Assembly (NCBI GenBank): GCA_963668675.2
Contig: CAXXMB010000002.1
Location: forward strand, 1,344,001 to 1,408,000
Direction: 5' to 3'
Length of the DNA: 64,000 bases
DNA from: an uncultured Desulfatitalea sp.
GTDB taxonomy: Bacteria > Desulfobacterota > Desulfobacteria > Desulfobacterales > Desulfosarcinaceae
The notes below the pieces were generated by a model. The model ran no database searches. It was given only the letters and a program-made list of their open reading frames with translations, and was not told where the DNA came from. Shown one piece after another: positions 1 to 9,671 of this stretch. The translations under genes and the position numbers were made by a program. How positions within the stretch are numbered: position 1 is the first letter of the stretch; each line of letters begins with the position of its first letter.

Positions 1-492
1 ATCTGCCTGACAAACTAAGCTTGGATCATCAGGGCAAAGAATCCAACCAAGTTTAACTCGATACTCCTCTTTTGTATCAGTCGACATGCATGTAATTTCA
101 AAATCTTCAGATTCACCCGGCAAAATATCGATTCCCAGATTACCGCCGACAAGTGGACTATCCAGTGTGGGTGGCATGACGATGCCGCTGACGCCATCCT
201 CGCTCGGCAGGGGGATATATTCGATGACATAATTGGTTAGGGTGATGCCCGCTGCCGCGGTATCATTGACGGTAAACGTAACTGCGGCGGACACTGGGCC
301 ATAGGGCTCTGGTTCGCCGTCGCATGAGCTCCGGAATGCATCTACCGTCAGCGTCTCCTCATCCAGATCTTGAATCGCTATTGTCGCGGTATAACGCTGC
401 CCGGTCTCGTCCAGCAAGTCCGAGCTTCCGCAACCATAAATCAACATAAGCCCTAACGCCATCATTATAACAGTCACTTTCGAGAGTCGCAT
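1..492 (-). CDS. Hypothetical lipoprotein downstream of pilQ (runs off window edge; not in ORF track)
   Basis: Manual translation from ATG at 492: MRLSKVTVIMMALGLMLIYGCGSSDLLDETGQRYTATIAIQDLDEE..., open to position 1; lipobox-like IYGC; GGAGGAA RBS just upstream. Confidence 0.8.
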   Translation of the reverse strand, partial: MRLSKVTVIMMALGLMLIYGCGSSDLLDETGQRYTATIAIQDLDEETLTVDAFRSSCDGEPEPYGPVSAAVTFTVNDTAAAGITLTNYVIEYIPLPSEDGVSGIVMPPTLDSPLVGGNLGIDILPGESEDFEITCMSTDTKEEYRVKLGWILCPDDPSLVCQAD

Positions 493-560
493 GGGTTGGT
501 TCCTCCAATTATCCCCTTGATATCTGTATTGTCTTAGATAAAATCCACTTATCTTATCAG

Positions 561-2975
561 TTACTGTGCTCCCATAGCCTGCTCTAATTGAACGATCCGC
601 GGAGTGATAAAAATCAGGAGCTCGTTGCTTTGGCTTTTCTTGCTTGTATTCTTGAACAACCACCCCAGCAGTGGGATGCTGCCCAACCCGGGGAAACCAT
701 CCTGCCCTTTGTTTTCAGTGGATTTGATGATGCCGCCTATGACAATGGTATCGCCATCGTTGACCAGCAGTTCCGTTTCAGCCTCGTTGGTTGAAACCGA
801 GGGAACGCCGGCGGTAATACCGGCCACATCATTCTTCGTGATAAAAATAGCCAGGGAGATACGGTTGTCCGGCGTCACATGAGGAGTTACCTCCAACAGC
901 AGATCGATATTCTTGAACTTCACTGAGGACCCACCGGAAGAATCGCGTTCCAGGTAAGGGTACTCGACACCCTGTTTGATTTTGGCTTTTTTATTGTCCA
1001 ACGTCAAAATCTTGGGAGAAGAGAGAATACGGCCTTCGCCAGTGGTCTCAAGGGCATTGAGTCGCGCATTGAGTACAAAGGGAACGCCGCTCAGGCGCGA
1101 AAAATTGATACCAATGGATGAATTACCTTCAGATGGATAATTCATCGCCATATCGGTACTAGTGACCCAGTCGCCCAGCAACCCCGGTCCGTAACCCAAA
1201 CTCCAGGTGATGCCCAATTCCCTGGAGAAGTTATCGGTCACTTCAACGACACGCGCTTCAATGACCACCTGGGCGGTCACCTTATCGATACGCCTCACGA
1301 TCTCCTCAGCCTGCCTGACTATAGCGGCTGTATCGGTAATAATGATCTGATTGTTCTTTTCATCAACAGTGACACTGCCTCTATCAGTGGTAAGAATGTT
1401 CTCAATATGCGGTTTTACCTCTGAGGCGGCGCTAGAGTAGCTGACCGGAATGTATCTTGTCACCAATGGTTCCAGCGCCTTGACCTCTTCGCGCGCCTTT
1501 CGATATGCTTCCAGTTTCGCCTTGCGCAAATTGTCTTCAGATTTCAATGTCTCCAATGTTGCAATGCGTACAATATCACCTTCCTGGGCCATTCCCAACT
1601 GGTTCATGCGCAGTACCAGATCCATCACCTGATCCCAGGGTACCGGTTTGTCCAGGGTCATGGTCACCTTGCCGGTCACATCCTTGTCGATCGCAAAATT
1701 CTTGCCGCTCACCTCGCGCAGGATACGAAAAACATTTTTAATGTCAGTTTCATAAAAATCCAGTGCTATCTTTTCACCTGTATACACTTTTCTTTGATAG
1801 CCGAGCATGGCCTGAAGCTCCGCATTCTCAGCACGTGCCACTTCTGCAGGGCTCATCATACCCGACGATGCTGGTTGCATCGCCGCTTGAGCAGATAGAT
1901 CTTGAGTTGGTGCGGCAGGCAGCGGAGCCAGCGCGCCTTCGGCAGCAGAGAGCGCTGGTAACACTTGAGTTTCGGTATCACTGATAACCCGTTTCCAGGC
2001 TGGCAAATTGGCCTGCTCCAGAGGTTTGGGGGGGACGTTTGAAGCCTCGAAATGAACCATCAGAAGATTGTCGCTCTGTTCAGCCACATAAGGCACCGCC
2101 TCGCGCAACTCGATAGAGATAATCGACTCGTTGCTGGACTTAGCCGGTTGTGCCGGAATGACCCTATCCACTGCGCTATTAAAGCGCGTGGTAATCAACG
2201 GCCGCTGCCGATAGGATGGAATGCGAGTATTCAGCAATCGAAGCTGGATATTCCTGGGGCCGACTTTTTCCAAACGGTAGTCCACAGCATGTGTGGTTCC
2301 GACTACCAGAGTTGATTTGCCTTCTGCCTCGCTTAAAAAATCAATCTTGTTGACCCATGCTCCGGATTTCGGGGTCTGGATAGAGGCTGTGGATTGCCTT
2401 GGCGCTTCAACGGTTCGTGCGGTCGGTTCGACAGGACTGGCAGTAATGCTCTGACGGCTTTCCAGTGCTTGCTGGGGTGTCGTGTCAGCGGCCGCCTGTC
2501 GATTCGAGGGGGCCTCTTCACCCTTTCGCGCCAACGCCGCTTTCGCAAAAAGGACCTTAACCGTATTGCCATCCTGGACTGCGGTGTATGATGCGTCTCC
2601 AGCCAGTTGAATTTCAACTCTGGCCGTACGCTGCCCATTGCCCTGACGGGCAGATATCAATGGGATCATGTCGATGGATTTCGGTCGACTTATCCTTGCT
2701 TGACCGGCAGTTGTCTCCGGGAAATAGAGCACCACGGCAAGCGGATCCGGTTGCTTCAGAGAGGAGAAGGTCAAAGGACGATCTGCGGCAATTGTCACCA
2801 CCACACCCTCTTCAGTCTCGGAGGCAGATATGGAGGATATTGCAGTCAATGGCGCCGGGGCACTCTGCGCCGCATCCTCTCTGGAGCCGGACTGGGAGGC
2901 GCATCCAAAGAATATGGCCGTTACGCCGTAGACCAACAAGATCAATGTCGCGATTCTTACTTTTATCGTTGTCAT
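561..2975 (-). CDS. pilQ: Type IV pilus secretin PilQ with N-terminal AMIN-like domains
   Basis: Lipoprotein-type leader (FFGC); secretin motifs QVVIEARVVEV, LSSPKILTLDNKKAKIKQG, PLLGWLFK, ELLIFITPRIV; last gene of pilMNOP run. Confidence 0.95.
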   Translation of the reverse strand: MTTIKVRIATLILLVYGVTAIFFGCASQSGSREDAAQSAPAPLTAISSISASETEEGVVVTIAADRPLTFSSLKQPDPLAVVLYFPETTAGQARISRPKSIDMIPLISARQGNGQRTARVEIQLAGDASYTAVQDGNTVKVLFAKAALARKGEEAPSNRQAAADTTPQQALESRQSITASPVEPTARTVEAPRQSTASIQTPKSGAWVNKIDFLSEAEGKSTLVVGTTHAVDYRLEKVGPRNIQLRLLNTRIPSYRQRPLITTRFNSAVDRVIPAQPAKSSNESIISIELREAVPYVAEQSDNLLMVHFEASNVPPKPLEQANLPAWKRVISDTETQVLPALSAAEGALAPLPAAPTQDLSAQAAMQPASSGMMSPAEVARAENAELQAMLGYQRKVYTGEKIALDFYETDIKNVFRILREVSGKNFAIDKDVTGKVTMTLDKPVPWDQVMDLVLRMNQLGMAQEGDIVRIATLETLKSEDNLRKAKLEAYRKAREEVKALEPLVTRYIPVSYSSAASEVKPHIENILTTDRGSVTVDEKNNQIIITDTAAIVRQAEEIVRRIDKVTAQVVIEARVVEVTDNFSRELGITWSLGYGPGLLGDWVTSTDMAMNYPSEGNSSIGINFSRLSGVPFVLNARLNALETTGEGRILSSPKILTLDNKKAKIKQGVEYPYLERDSSGGSSVKFKNIDLLLEVTPHVTPDNRISLAIFITKNDVAGITAGVPSVSTNEAETELLVNDGDTIVIGGIIKSTENKGQDGFPGLGSIPLLGWLFKNTSKKSQSNELLIFITPRIVQLEQAMGAQ

Positions 2976-2976
2976 A

Positions 2977-3651
2977 TTAAAACTCTCCAGCAGGTTTCTG
3001 AAGTTTTAATTCCGAATTTTGGATCCTGAGTTCACCCATTACGCTCTCTATCTCTTCTTCGACCACGATGCGGCTTTTATCGATTTCGATAACCTGTCCC
3101 GCATTGAGGCCAATATAGGTGCCCTTTTTGACCACATATCCCTTGCCAGTTGAATCCTCTACCAGTGCACGATTACCGCTGGGAGATCGTATGATTGCTG
3201 TCACCTTTAGCTGGCCAAGCGCCACTCGCTCCAAGGGTGTCTGGGGCTTACGCCTTTCTCTTTTTCCCTGTTTAGGTGTTGTCTCCTCAATGTTTTTTGG
3301 TTGTTCCTTAAACAAGGGTTCGAAAGGATCAAAACGCCCCTTCGGATCGTATGAACCTGCAATCTGCAGGGACTCTTTTATTAACTCACTGGTATCTGCC
3401 GTGGGTGCTGCAGGAGCAGAAGGAACCCCGTCACCCCCCTCCGGCTTTACCAACCCGGAGGCCTTCACTTGTTGGGCACCAGCCGGCGTCGATGCTGGCG
3501 GCGATTGTACGGAAATTTTCTTACTCGTCGATTTGGGCTGGGGTGCCGGAGGGGCTTCGTCGCCGCATCCAAGCAGGCTGACCAGTATCAATACCATCCC
3601 CCACCTGAGCAGTGATATCATCAGTTGCCTCTTCATCATGATCGCCGTCAC
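2977..3651 (-). CDS. pilP: Type IV pilus assembly lipoprotein PilP
   Basis: LLGC lipobox; YDPKGRFDPFEP, TPLER, GTYIGLNAGQV motifs; synteny. Confidence 0.9.
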   Translation of the reverse strand: MTAIMMKRQLMISLLRWGMVLILVSLLGCGDEAPPAPQPKSTSKKISVQSPPASTPAGAQQVKASGLVKPEGGDGVPSAPAAPTADTSELIKESLQIAGSYDPKGRFDPFEPLFKEQPKNIEETTPKQGKRERRKPQTPLERVALGQLKVTAIIRSPSGNRALVEDSTGKGYVVKKGTYIGLNAGQVIEIDKSRIVVEEEIESVMGELRIQNSELKLQKPAGEF

Positions 3652-4299
3652 CTATTTTCTTCTGTTCTGGGCACGCCCCCTGGCTGGCTTTGGGGCTGAT
3701 TCGATAAACTTATATGTCACCGCCTGACAAGTTGTGGTCAAGGCATTACTATCTTCATTTTTAGATCGAGATTGGGGCGTCATTTTAATGTTTCGGATAT
3801 TCACAATACGGGGCAAATTGGCCACTTTATCCATAAAAACGGCTACTTGATGATACGACCCACTCACACTGATATCCACGGGGATTTCAGCGTAAAAGTC
3901 TTTCGGGTTCTCCGGCTTGGGCTGGAAAAGAAGAAAATCCAATCCGGCATCTTTGCCTACCTGGGAAATGCCAGCCAATAAAGAGGGGATCTCCTCTTTC
4001 TCCGGCAGGGCTCGCATTACCTGTTTGTATTGCGCCTCCTTCTTCTTCATTCTATTGCGCCAATCGTTGAGTTCAGCAGCATTCTTTTTGGCTTTGGCCA
4101 GTTCCTGTTGAGCCGAAGCAAGCTGTTTATCGAGTCTGCCGATCTGTTGGTATTTCGGATAAAGGAGAAAGTAGATCGACAGGCCAATAAGGATCGCGAG
4201 AACGCCAACATAGATACCGATACGCTGGGGCTTGGTCAGCTCTTCAATTTTTTCAAAAAGGGGCGCCAAAGCGCTGCCTGAGGTGTTGCCTTTTTTCAT
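3652..4299 (-). CDS. pilO: Type IV pilus assembly protein PilO
   Basis: One TM helix plus coiled coil; LPEKEEIPSLL, FYAEIPVDISVSGSYH, LPRIVNI motifs. Confidence 0.92.
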   Translation of the reverse strand: MKKGNTSGSALAPLFEKIEELTKPQRIGIYVGVLAILIGLSIYFLLYPKYQQIGRLDKQLASAQQELAKAKKNAAELNDWRNRMKKKEAQYKQVMRALPEKEEIPSLLAGISQVGKDAGLDFLLFQPKPENPKDFYAEIPVDISVSGSYHQVAVFMDKVANLPRIVNIRNIKMTPQSRSKNEDSNALTTTCQAVTYKFIESAPKPARGRAQNRRK

Positions 4300-4880
4300 T
4301 TCTTTTTAACCTCACCGGCCTCTTTTTCGGTTGGTTTTTTCTGAAAATTGACATCAAACTCTTTTATATTGATCTCTTTTCCTGCCTTGAGCATCTTTTG
4401 TTTGATAGAAGCCAAACGTACGGACTGAAACCGCTCCGACTTCTCTATCCGTGTCATATAGTCGGCTACCGTTTGGTTATCAACGGCAATGCCACTAATT
4501 TTGAAACCGTTAGTGCTCTCTTCTATCTTTGTGTACCACATTCGTTTATCTACTACGACGTGATAGAGAGCATCCAGGTTCTGGACCGGCGCCTTGCGAT
4601 CGCTCTCCAGCGACTCAATTACCTGGATTTTTTTCTCCAATACAGCCAAGTTCTTTTTGATCTCTGCGATCTCTTGATTGATCTTTTTGTATTTCGCTAC
4701 CTGCTCTCGTGTGCTGGAGATCTCCTGATTGAGATCATCGATCTGTCCGCCAAGATACGAGTTGCCCCAGAAGATGAGCAGGCAGACAAATACAACGGAC
4801 ATGACAAATACATTCACCTGGTAGCGAATGTTCTCTTTTTTCCGGGCTGCGCGGTAGGGAAGTAAATTGATACGTATCAT
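4296..4880 (-). CDS. pilN: Type IV pilus assembly protein PilN
   Basis: N-terminal MIRINLLP PilM-binding motif, TM helix, coiled coil; 4-bp overlaps with neighbours. Confidence 0.92.
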   Translation of the reverse strand: MIRINLLPYRAARKKENIRYQVNVFVMSVVFVCLLIFWGNSYLGGQIDDLNQEISSTREQVAKYKKINQEIAEIKKNLAVLEKKIQVIESLESDRKAPVQNLDALYHVVVDKRMWYTKIEESTNGFKISGIAVDNQTVADYMTRIEKSERFQSVRLASIKQKMLKAGKEINIKEFDVNFQKKPTEKEAGEVKKK

Positions 4881-5932
4881 TTGTCATCCATTTTACGGGT
4901 GGCCAACCCCATGCATATGGATGCCTGGGGGGCGATTTTGTCCAGATACTCGGTATCGAATTTTTCACTGTCTACGTAAAAATGCTGAAACGGATTGATC
5001 GTGGAAACCTCCGCCGATGTCTCCACTGCCAGCAGCTGCCGCAGCTCCTGGATATTGCCACCGCCGCCGCTTAGAATGATCTTTTTGATTTGGTCATCGG
5101 GATAGGTTGAGTAGAAAAAGTCCAAAGCCCGCCGAATCTCCGTACACCAATCGGTAACCACCGAAGAGATGATATCGGAGAGATCTTCCGCGGATATCTT
5201 ATCGCTGCCTTCACCGAACTTGATCGCCTCCGACTCTTCGTTCGAGCAGTCGATCAACGTGGCGATTTTCTGGTTGATCTGCCCACAGCCAAGAGAGACA
5301 TCCCTCATGAACACCGAGTTTTCCCCTTTGAGTATATTTAATGATGTCTTGCTGGCCCCGATGTCGATCAAGGCGATGTTCTCATCAGATTGCGGTTCAT
5401 AATTGATCTCGAAAACGTTCTGCAGGGCAAAGGCGTCGACATCGATAATACGCGGTTCCAACCCTGCCAACTCAGCCAGATGCACATAGTCGTTGACCAT
5501 CTCTTTCTTGGCGGCCACCAGCAGCACGTTCATCTGGTTAGGATTGTTATCGCTTTCTCCCAGAATCTGGAAGTCGAGGTTAACATCGTTGATGTCGAAG
5601 GGGATGTACTGCTCTGCCTCGAAATGAATCGTGTCCTGAAGTTGATCTTCGGTGGCGGTCTGAACGGCGATCTTTTTGACGATCACCGAATATCCCCCGA
5701 TGGAGATGGCCACGCTGCGATTCTTGATGCCATATGATTTGAACAGGTTGCGCAGCGTTTCAGCCAACGCCTCCGGATCCTTGATAGCCCCGTCTTCGAT
5801 CAATCCCGGTGCGATGTCGATCATTCCGAATTTGGAAAGGGTGTATCCTTTTTTGCCTTCGATGATTTCGGCCGCCTTAATCGCCTTGGAGCCGATATCG
5901 AGCCCTACTAATCGCGTCTTGGTACCAAACAT
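4877..5932 (-). CDS. pilM: Type IV pilus assembly protein PilM (actin-like)
   Basis: VGLDIGSKAIK, EAEQYIPF, LIDIGASKT, ILSGGG motifs. Confidence 0.95.
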   Translation of the reverse strand: MFGTKTRLVGLDIGSKAIKAAEIIEGKKGYTLSKFGMIDIAPGLIEDGAIKDPEALAETLRNLFKSYGIKNRSVAISIGGYSVIVKKIAVQTATEDQLQDTIHFEAEQYIPFDINDVNLDFQILGESDNNPNQMNVLLVAAKKEMVNDYVHLAELAGLEPRIIDVDAFALQNVFEINYEPQSDENIALIDIGASKTSLNILKGENSVFMRDVSLGCGQINQKIATLIDCSNEESEAIKFGEGSDKISAEDLSDIISSVVTDWCTEIRRALDFFYSTYPDDQIKKIILSGGGGNIQELRQLLAVETSAEVSTINPFQHFYVDSEKFDTEYLDKIAPQASICMGLATRKMDDK

Positions 5933-5941
5933 AGTTTACTC

Positions 5942-6139
5942 TCACTCGCCAAAGATTTTTTTCGCATCCGACAAACTGTATCCAAGGGCCAGCAATATCT
6001 TACGCTTGGTTTCCATACGGCAAGGCTTTCCCTGCTCGATTCGCGTAATGGTGATCGGTGACACATTTGCTTCTCTGGCTAATTCGGATTTGCTCATCAA
6101 AAGAGATTCGCGAATTTTTTTTAATGAATTCTTCGCCAT
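5942..6139 (-). CDS. Small XRE-family helix-turn-helix protein leading the pil operon
   Basis: MAKNSLKKIRESLLMSKSELAREANVSPITITRIEQG; ATG at 6139 preferred over the longer ORF-track start. Confidence 0.85.
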   Translation of the reverse strand: MAKNSLKKIRESLLMSKSELAREANVSPITITRIEQGKPCRMETKRKILLALGYSLSDAKKIFGE

Positions 6140-6296
6140 GTTCAATTGTCTGCCTACCCGTAATTTAGAATTGGTGTATTGGCCATCGACCAAACCTGTC
6201 TCCTTAGAACGATCTCTTGATGTTGTTCTTATCCTCATGGAAGCAAAAATAGCTGTCAAGTAAAATTATGCATAATTTATATATAATTTTGTTTAT

Positions 6297-6342
6297 TTAA
6301 GCTATATTGTGTGACATTTTTTGACACAACAATATATTGTAC
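6297..6342. promoter_or_regulatory. NrdR-box-like palindrome pair flanking a TTGACA -35 hexamer
   Basis: caaCAATATATTGtac at 6327-6342, half-site ATATTGTGT at 6304-6312, TTGACA at 6321-6326. Confidence 0.35.
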
Positions 6343-6535
6343 CCTTGGATGTGATGCGCTAATATCTTTTTTGTCCATTGTTGCAAGCTCCAGGGCTTTG
6401 GTAACGCAATTTACATCCTAAAAGCGAGGTGCAGTATTTGTTCCGGATGCAAATCGAAAAACGGTCGACCAAACAATCTCCATCTTATCAGCACGAGGTC
6501 GGCTGCACGTATAATCAAATGATCGGTTTGAAAAA

Positions 6536-6551
6536 TGCAAACTTTAGGCCA
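6536..6551 (-). promoter_or_regulatory. Candidate sigma-54 -24/-12 promoter facing the pil operon
   Basis: Minus strand TGGCCTAAAGTTTGCA fits TGGC-N7-TTGCW (GG-N10-GC). Confidence 0.35.
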
Positions 6552-6779
6552 TTTGATCACAAATATTAAATAAAGCTAATTAACAGGGTTTGATACGCAA
6601 GAGATGCCTAAGTTATATATAAATAGATGCCATATGTGTATATAATCGTACAACAACCTCGACACCTGTAGAAGGTCAACAAATGGACACTATGGCCGAC
6701 GAGCGTCAATAAAAGGGACGCTCGGATCGGTTGGGTTGATGGCCCATCACGCGCTTGGCTTCGAACACCAACTTCCCGG

Positions 6780-8240
6780 ATGCATATGCAACCTTTCCTG
6801 AACATGCCGAAGACAAAGACAGCTCAATCGCTACCTGGGGCTGAGCGCTCCAAGCCTTTCCGGCTGGTGAAATATTTTTCTTTCTCAAGCCTGATCCTCA
6901 TTTTCTTTGGCACCATTGTTTTGTCGATTCTCAATACCCACTGGATCCGGACCATGCAGTTCTCCAAAAGCGAAGCCTATGCGCTCTTGCTGATCGAGAA
7001 TCTCAACCACCAGGTCTTCATGCAGTTTATTTTACCGGTGGGCATCGAATTCGGAAAAATTGAATTGCGTCACAAGGATCAATACGAACGCATGGATCGG
7101 GTGGTTCGCAGCACGTTGCACAGTTTTAACGTCGGCATGGTCAATATCTATGGTGTCCGCGATGTCATCGCCTACAGCTTTTCCAAGGAGTTGATCGGAC
7201 TGGAAAACCTCGGGGGGACCAGCCACCAGAATGCCCTGGAGGGCAAGCCCACCTCCAGATTGATTCAGAAAGGGAGTTTCTGGGAGCTCTTTTTCGGTGT
7301 GCCCGACGAGATCAAGATCATCACCTTCGCACCGCTGCGAATGGAAAAACCGCTCAGCCCCGTCGCAGGGGAGGTGTTGGGCGTGGTGGAAATCGTGCAG
7401 GACCTGTCGAACGATTACAAGGACATCTTTCGCTACCAGATCATGACCCTGGTCACCGTCAGCGGTGTGATGACGATCCTCTTTTTCATCATGATCGTCG
7501 TGGTCAAACGCGGAGAGGGCATCATTCAAAAAAGGGCCCAGGAGCGGCTCAAACTCAAGGAGCAGCTCAGTCGTGCCAAGCACCTTTCATCCCTGGGAGA
7601 GATGGTGGCCGGCGTATCCCATGAAATCCGCAACCCGCTGGGTATCATCAGCAGTTCAGCGGAACTGTTGCAAAAAAAGATGGCGCCCAACGATCCTATG
7701 ACCAAAATCCCGGCCATCATTATCGAAGAGTCCACACGCTTGAACGATATTATCTCCGATTTTTTAAACTACGCCCGACCCAAGGCGCCCAATCGATTTG
7801 CCTGCCGCGTCGAAGACGTGATCGATAAAAACATCCGTCTTCTCGAGCCCCAGATCAAGGCCGAAGGATTTAAGATCAACACCCTCTTTGAAGAGGAGCT
7901 TCCGATCATCATGGCCGACACGGATATGCTCTACCAAGCTTTTTTGAATGTCTTTATCAACGCCATGCAGGCCATGCCCGACGGCGGCGAAATCACGGTC
8001 AAAGCAAAATCGACGGACAACAGCCTCTGGATCGCCGTGGAGGATCAGGGCAGCGGCATTACGGACAAGGCCATGGAAAAAATTTGGGATCCTTTCTTCA
8101 CCACGAAGGATAAGGGAACCGGATTGGGGTTGGGCATCGTTAAAAACATTATCGAAGCACATCAGGGGAGTGTACGGATCGAAAACCGTTCGGAGGGCGG
8201 CGCCCGCGTATCCATCCGGCTACCGATAAACGAGGAGTAG
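6780..8240 (+). CDS. Membrane sensor histidine kinase
   Basis: Two TM segments; H-box AGVSHEIRNPLG; N-box NVFINAMQAM; G-boxes DQGSGI and GTGLGL; start uncertain. Confidence 0.93.
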   Translation: MHMQPFLNMPKTKTAQSLPGAERSKPFRLVKYFSFSSLILIFFGTIVLSILNTHWIRTMQFSKSEAYALLLIENLNHQVFMQFILPVGIEFGKIELRHKDQYERMDRVVRSTLHSFNVGMVNIYGVRDVIAYSFSKELIGLENLGGTSHQNALEGKPTSRLIQKGSFWELFFGVPDEIKIITFAPLRMEKPLSPVAGEVLGVVEIVQDLSNDYKDIFRYQIMTLVTVSGVMTILFFIMIVVVKRGEGIIQKRAQERLKLKEQLSRAKHLSSLGEMVAGVSHEIRNPLGIISSSAELLQKKMAPNDPMTKIPAIIIEESTRLNDIISDFLNYARPKAPNRFACRVEDVIDKNIRLLEPQIKAEGFKINTLFEEELPIIMADTDMLYQAFLNVFINAMQAMPDGGEITVKAKSTDNSLWIAVEDQGSGITDKAMEKIWDPFFTTKDKGTGLGLGIVKNIIEAHQGSVRIENRSEGGARVSIRLPINEE

Positions 8241-8244
8241 CAAC

Positions 8245-9645
8245 ATGGACACGATTCTCATCGTAGACGATGAAAAAAACTATCCATTAGTCCTCAGTGC
8301 GGTCCTGCAAGAGGAGGGCTTCGAGACACTCACGGCCAACAGCGGGCAAGAAGCCTTGGCCGTTCTGGATAGCTCTGACGTGGACCTGGTATTGACCGAC
8401 ATGAAGATGCCTCAGATGGACGGTATCGAACTGCTGCAACGCATCAAGACCATCGACGCTGAACTGCCCGTGATCATGATGACCGCCTACGGGACGGTTG
8501 AAAAGGCCGTCGAAGCCATGCAGAAGGGGGCCTACAGCTATATCCTCAAGCCCTTTGACAACGAACAGCTGGTGATCTATGTCAACAAAGCGGTCACCAT
8601 GTTTCGCGTGGTCAAGGAGAACCGCCAATTGCGCAATGCCGTCGAGAACCGCTACAACTTCGGCAACCTGATCGGTAAAAGCAAGGCGATGCAGGACATC
8701 TTCGGAACCATTCGCAAGGTGGCCCCCGCCACGGCAACAGTGCTAATAGAGGGGCAGAGCGGCACCGGCAAGGAGTTGGTGGCCAAATCGATCCACTTCA
8801 ACAGCCCCCGTCGAAATCAGCCTTTCGTGGCTGTCAACTGCTCGGCCCTGGCAGAGAGCCTGCTCGAAAGTGAACTGTTCGGGCACGAAAAGGGCGCTTT
8901 CACGGGTGCCGTGTCGATGAAAAAGGGAAGATTCGAACTGGCCGACCAGGGAACCCTCTTCCTGGATGAAATTGGTGAGTTGTCACCGTCATTACAGGTC
9001 AAGCTGTTGCGGGTGCTTCAGGAAAAAGCATTTGAGCGGGTGGGTGGCATTCGTCCAGTCTCAGTCGATATCAGACTCATCGCCGCGACCAACAAATCAC
9101 TGAAACACGAAATTGCCAAGGGAAGATTTCGAGAAGACCTGTTCTATCGGCTCAATGTCGTGCACATCGCTTTGCCCCCACTGTGCGACCGCCTGGAAGA
9201 TATCCGTCCGTTGACGGCCCATTTCGTAGCCAAGTATGCGGAGGAGCGACCGGATGAGAAGCCGGTTAGTCGGATTGAGAAAGGGGTTGAACGCCTTTTT
9301 TATGACTACAGCTGGCCGGGTAATGTCCGTGAACTCGAAAACGTCATCGAGCGCGCCATGGTGATGTGCGCAGGAGGCACCATCACCGTGGATGACTTGC
9401 CCACCGACTTTAAGAAAAATGTAAATAAAAACAAAAAGCTAAACATTGACGACCTCTCCACGAAAGCCACACTCTACGAAACGCTGGCCCATGTGGAGAA
9501 ACAGATGATCCTGCAGGCACTCCGCCAAACCGACTATGTTCAGACCCATGCCGCATCTCTTCTGGGTATCGGCAAAAGCGGATTGAATCAGAAGCTGAAA
9601 AAATACGGAATCGACGTATCTGCGATGACGCAACCCGATGACTGA
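8245..9645 (+). CDS. Sigma-54-dependent NtrC-family response regulator
   Basis: REC domain (ILIVDDE, DMKMP), Walker A GQSGTGKE, ESELFGHEKGAFTGA, C-terminal Fis-type HTH. Confidence 0.95.
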   Translation: MDTILIVDDEKNYPLVLSAVLQEEGFETLTANSGQEALAVLDSSDVDLVLTDMKMPQMDGIELLQRIKTIDAELPVIMMTAYGTVEKAVEAMQKGAYSYILKPFDNEQLVIYVNKAVTMFRVVKENRQLRNAVENRYNFGNLIGKSKAMQDIFGTIRKVAPATATVLIEGQSGTGKELVAKSIHFNSPRRNQPFVAVNCSALAESLLESELFGHEKGAFTGAVSMKKGRFELADQGTLFLDEIGELSPSLQVKLLRVLQEKAFERVGGIRPVSVDIRLIAATNKSLKHEIAKGRFREDLFYRLNVVHIALPPLCDRLEDIRPLTAHFVAKYAEERPDEKPVSRIEKGVERLFYDYSWPGNVRELENVIERAMVMCAGGTITVDDLPTDFKKNVNKNKKLNIDDLSTKATLYETLAHVEKQMILQALRQTDYVQTHAASLLGIGKSGLNQKLKKYGIDVSAMTQPDD

Positions 9646-9671
9646 ATCAAAAGCTGGGTTGAAAACAGCAC

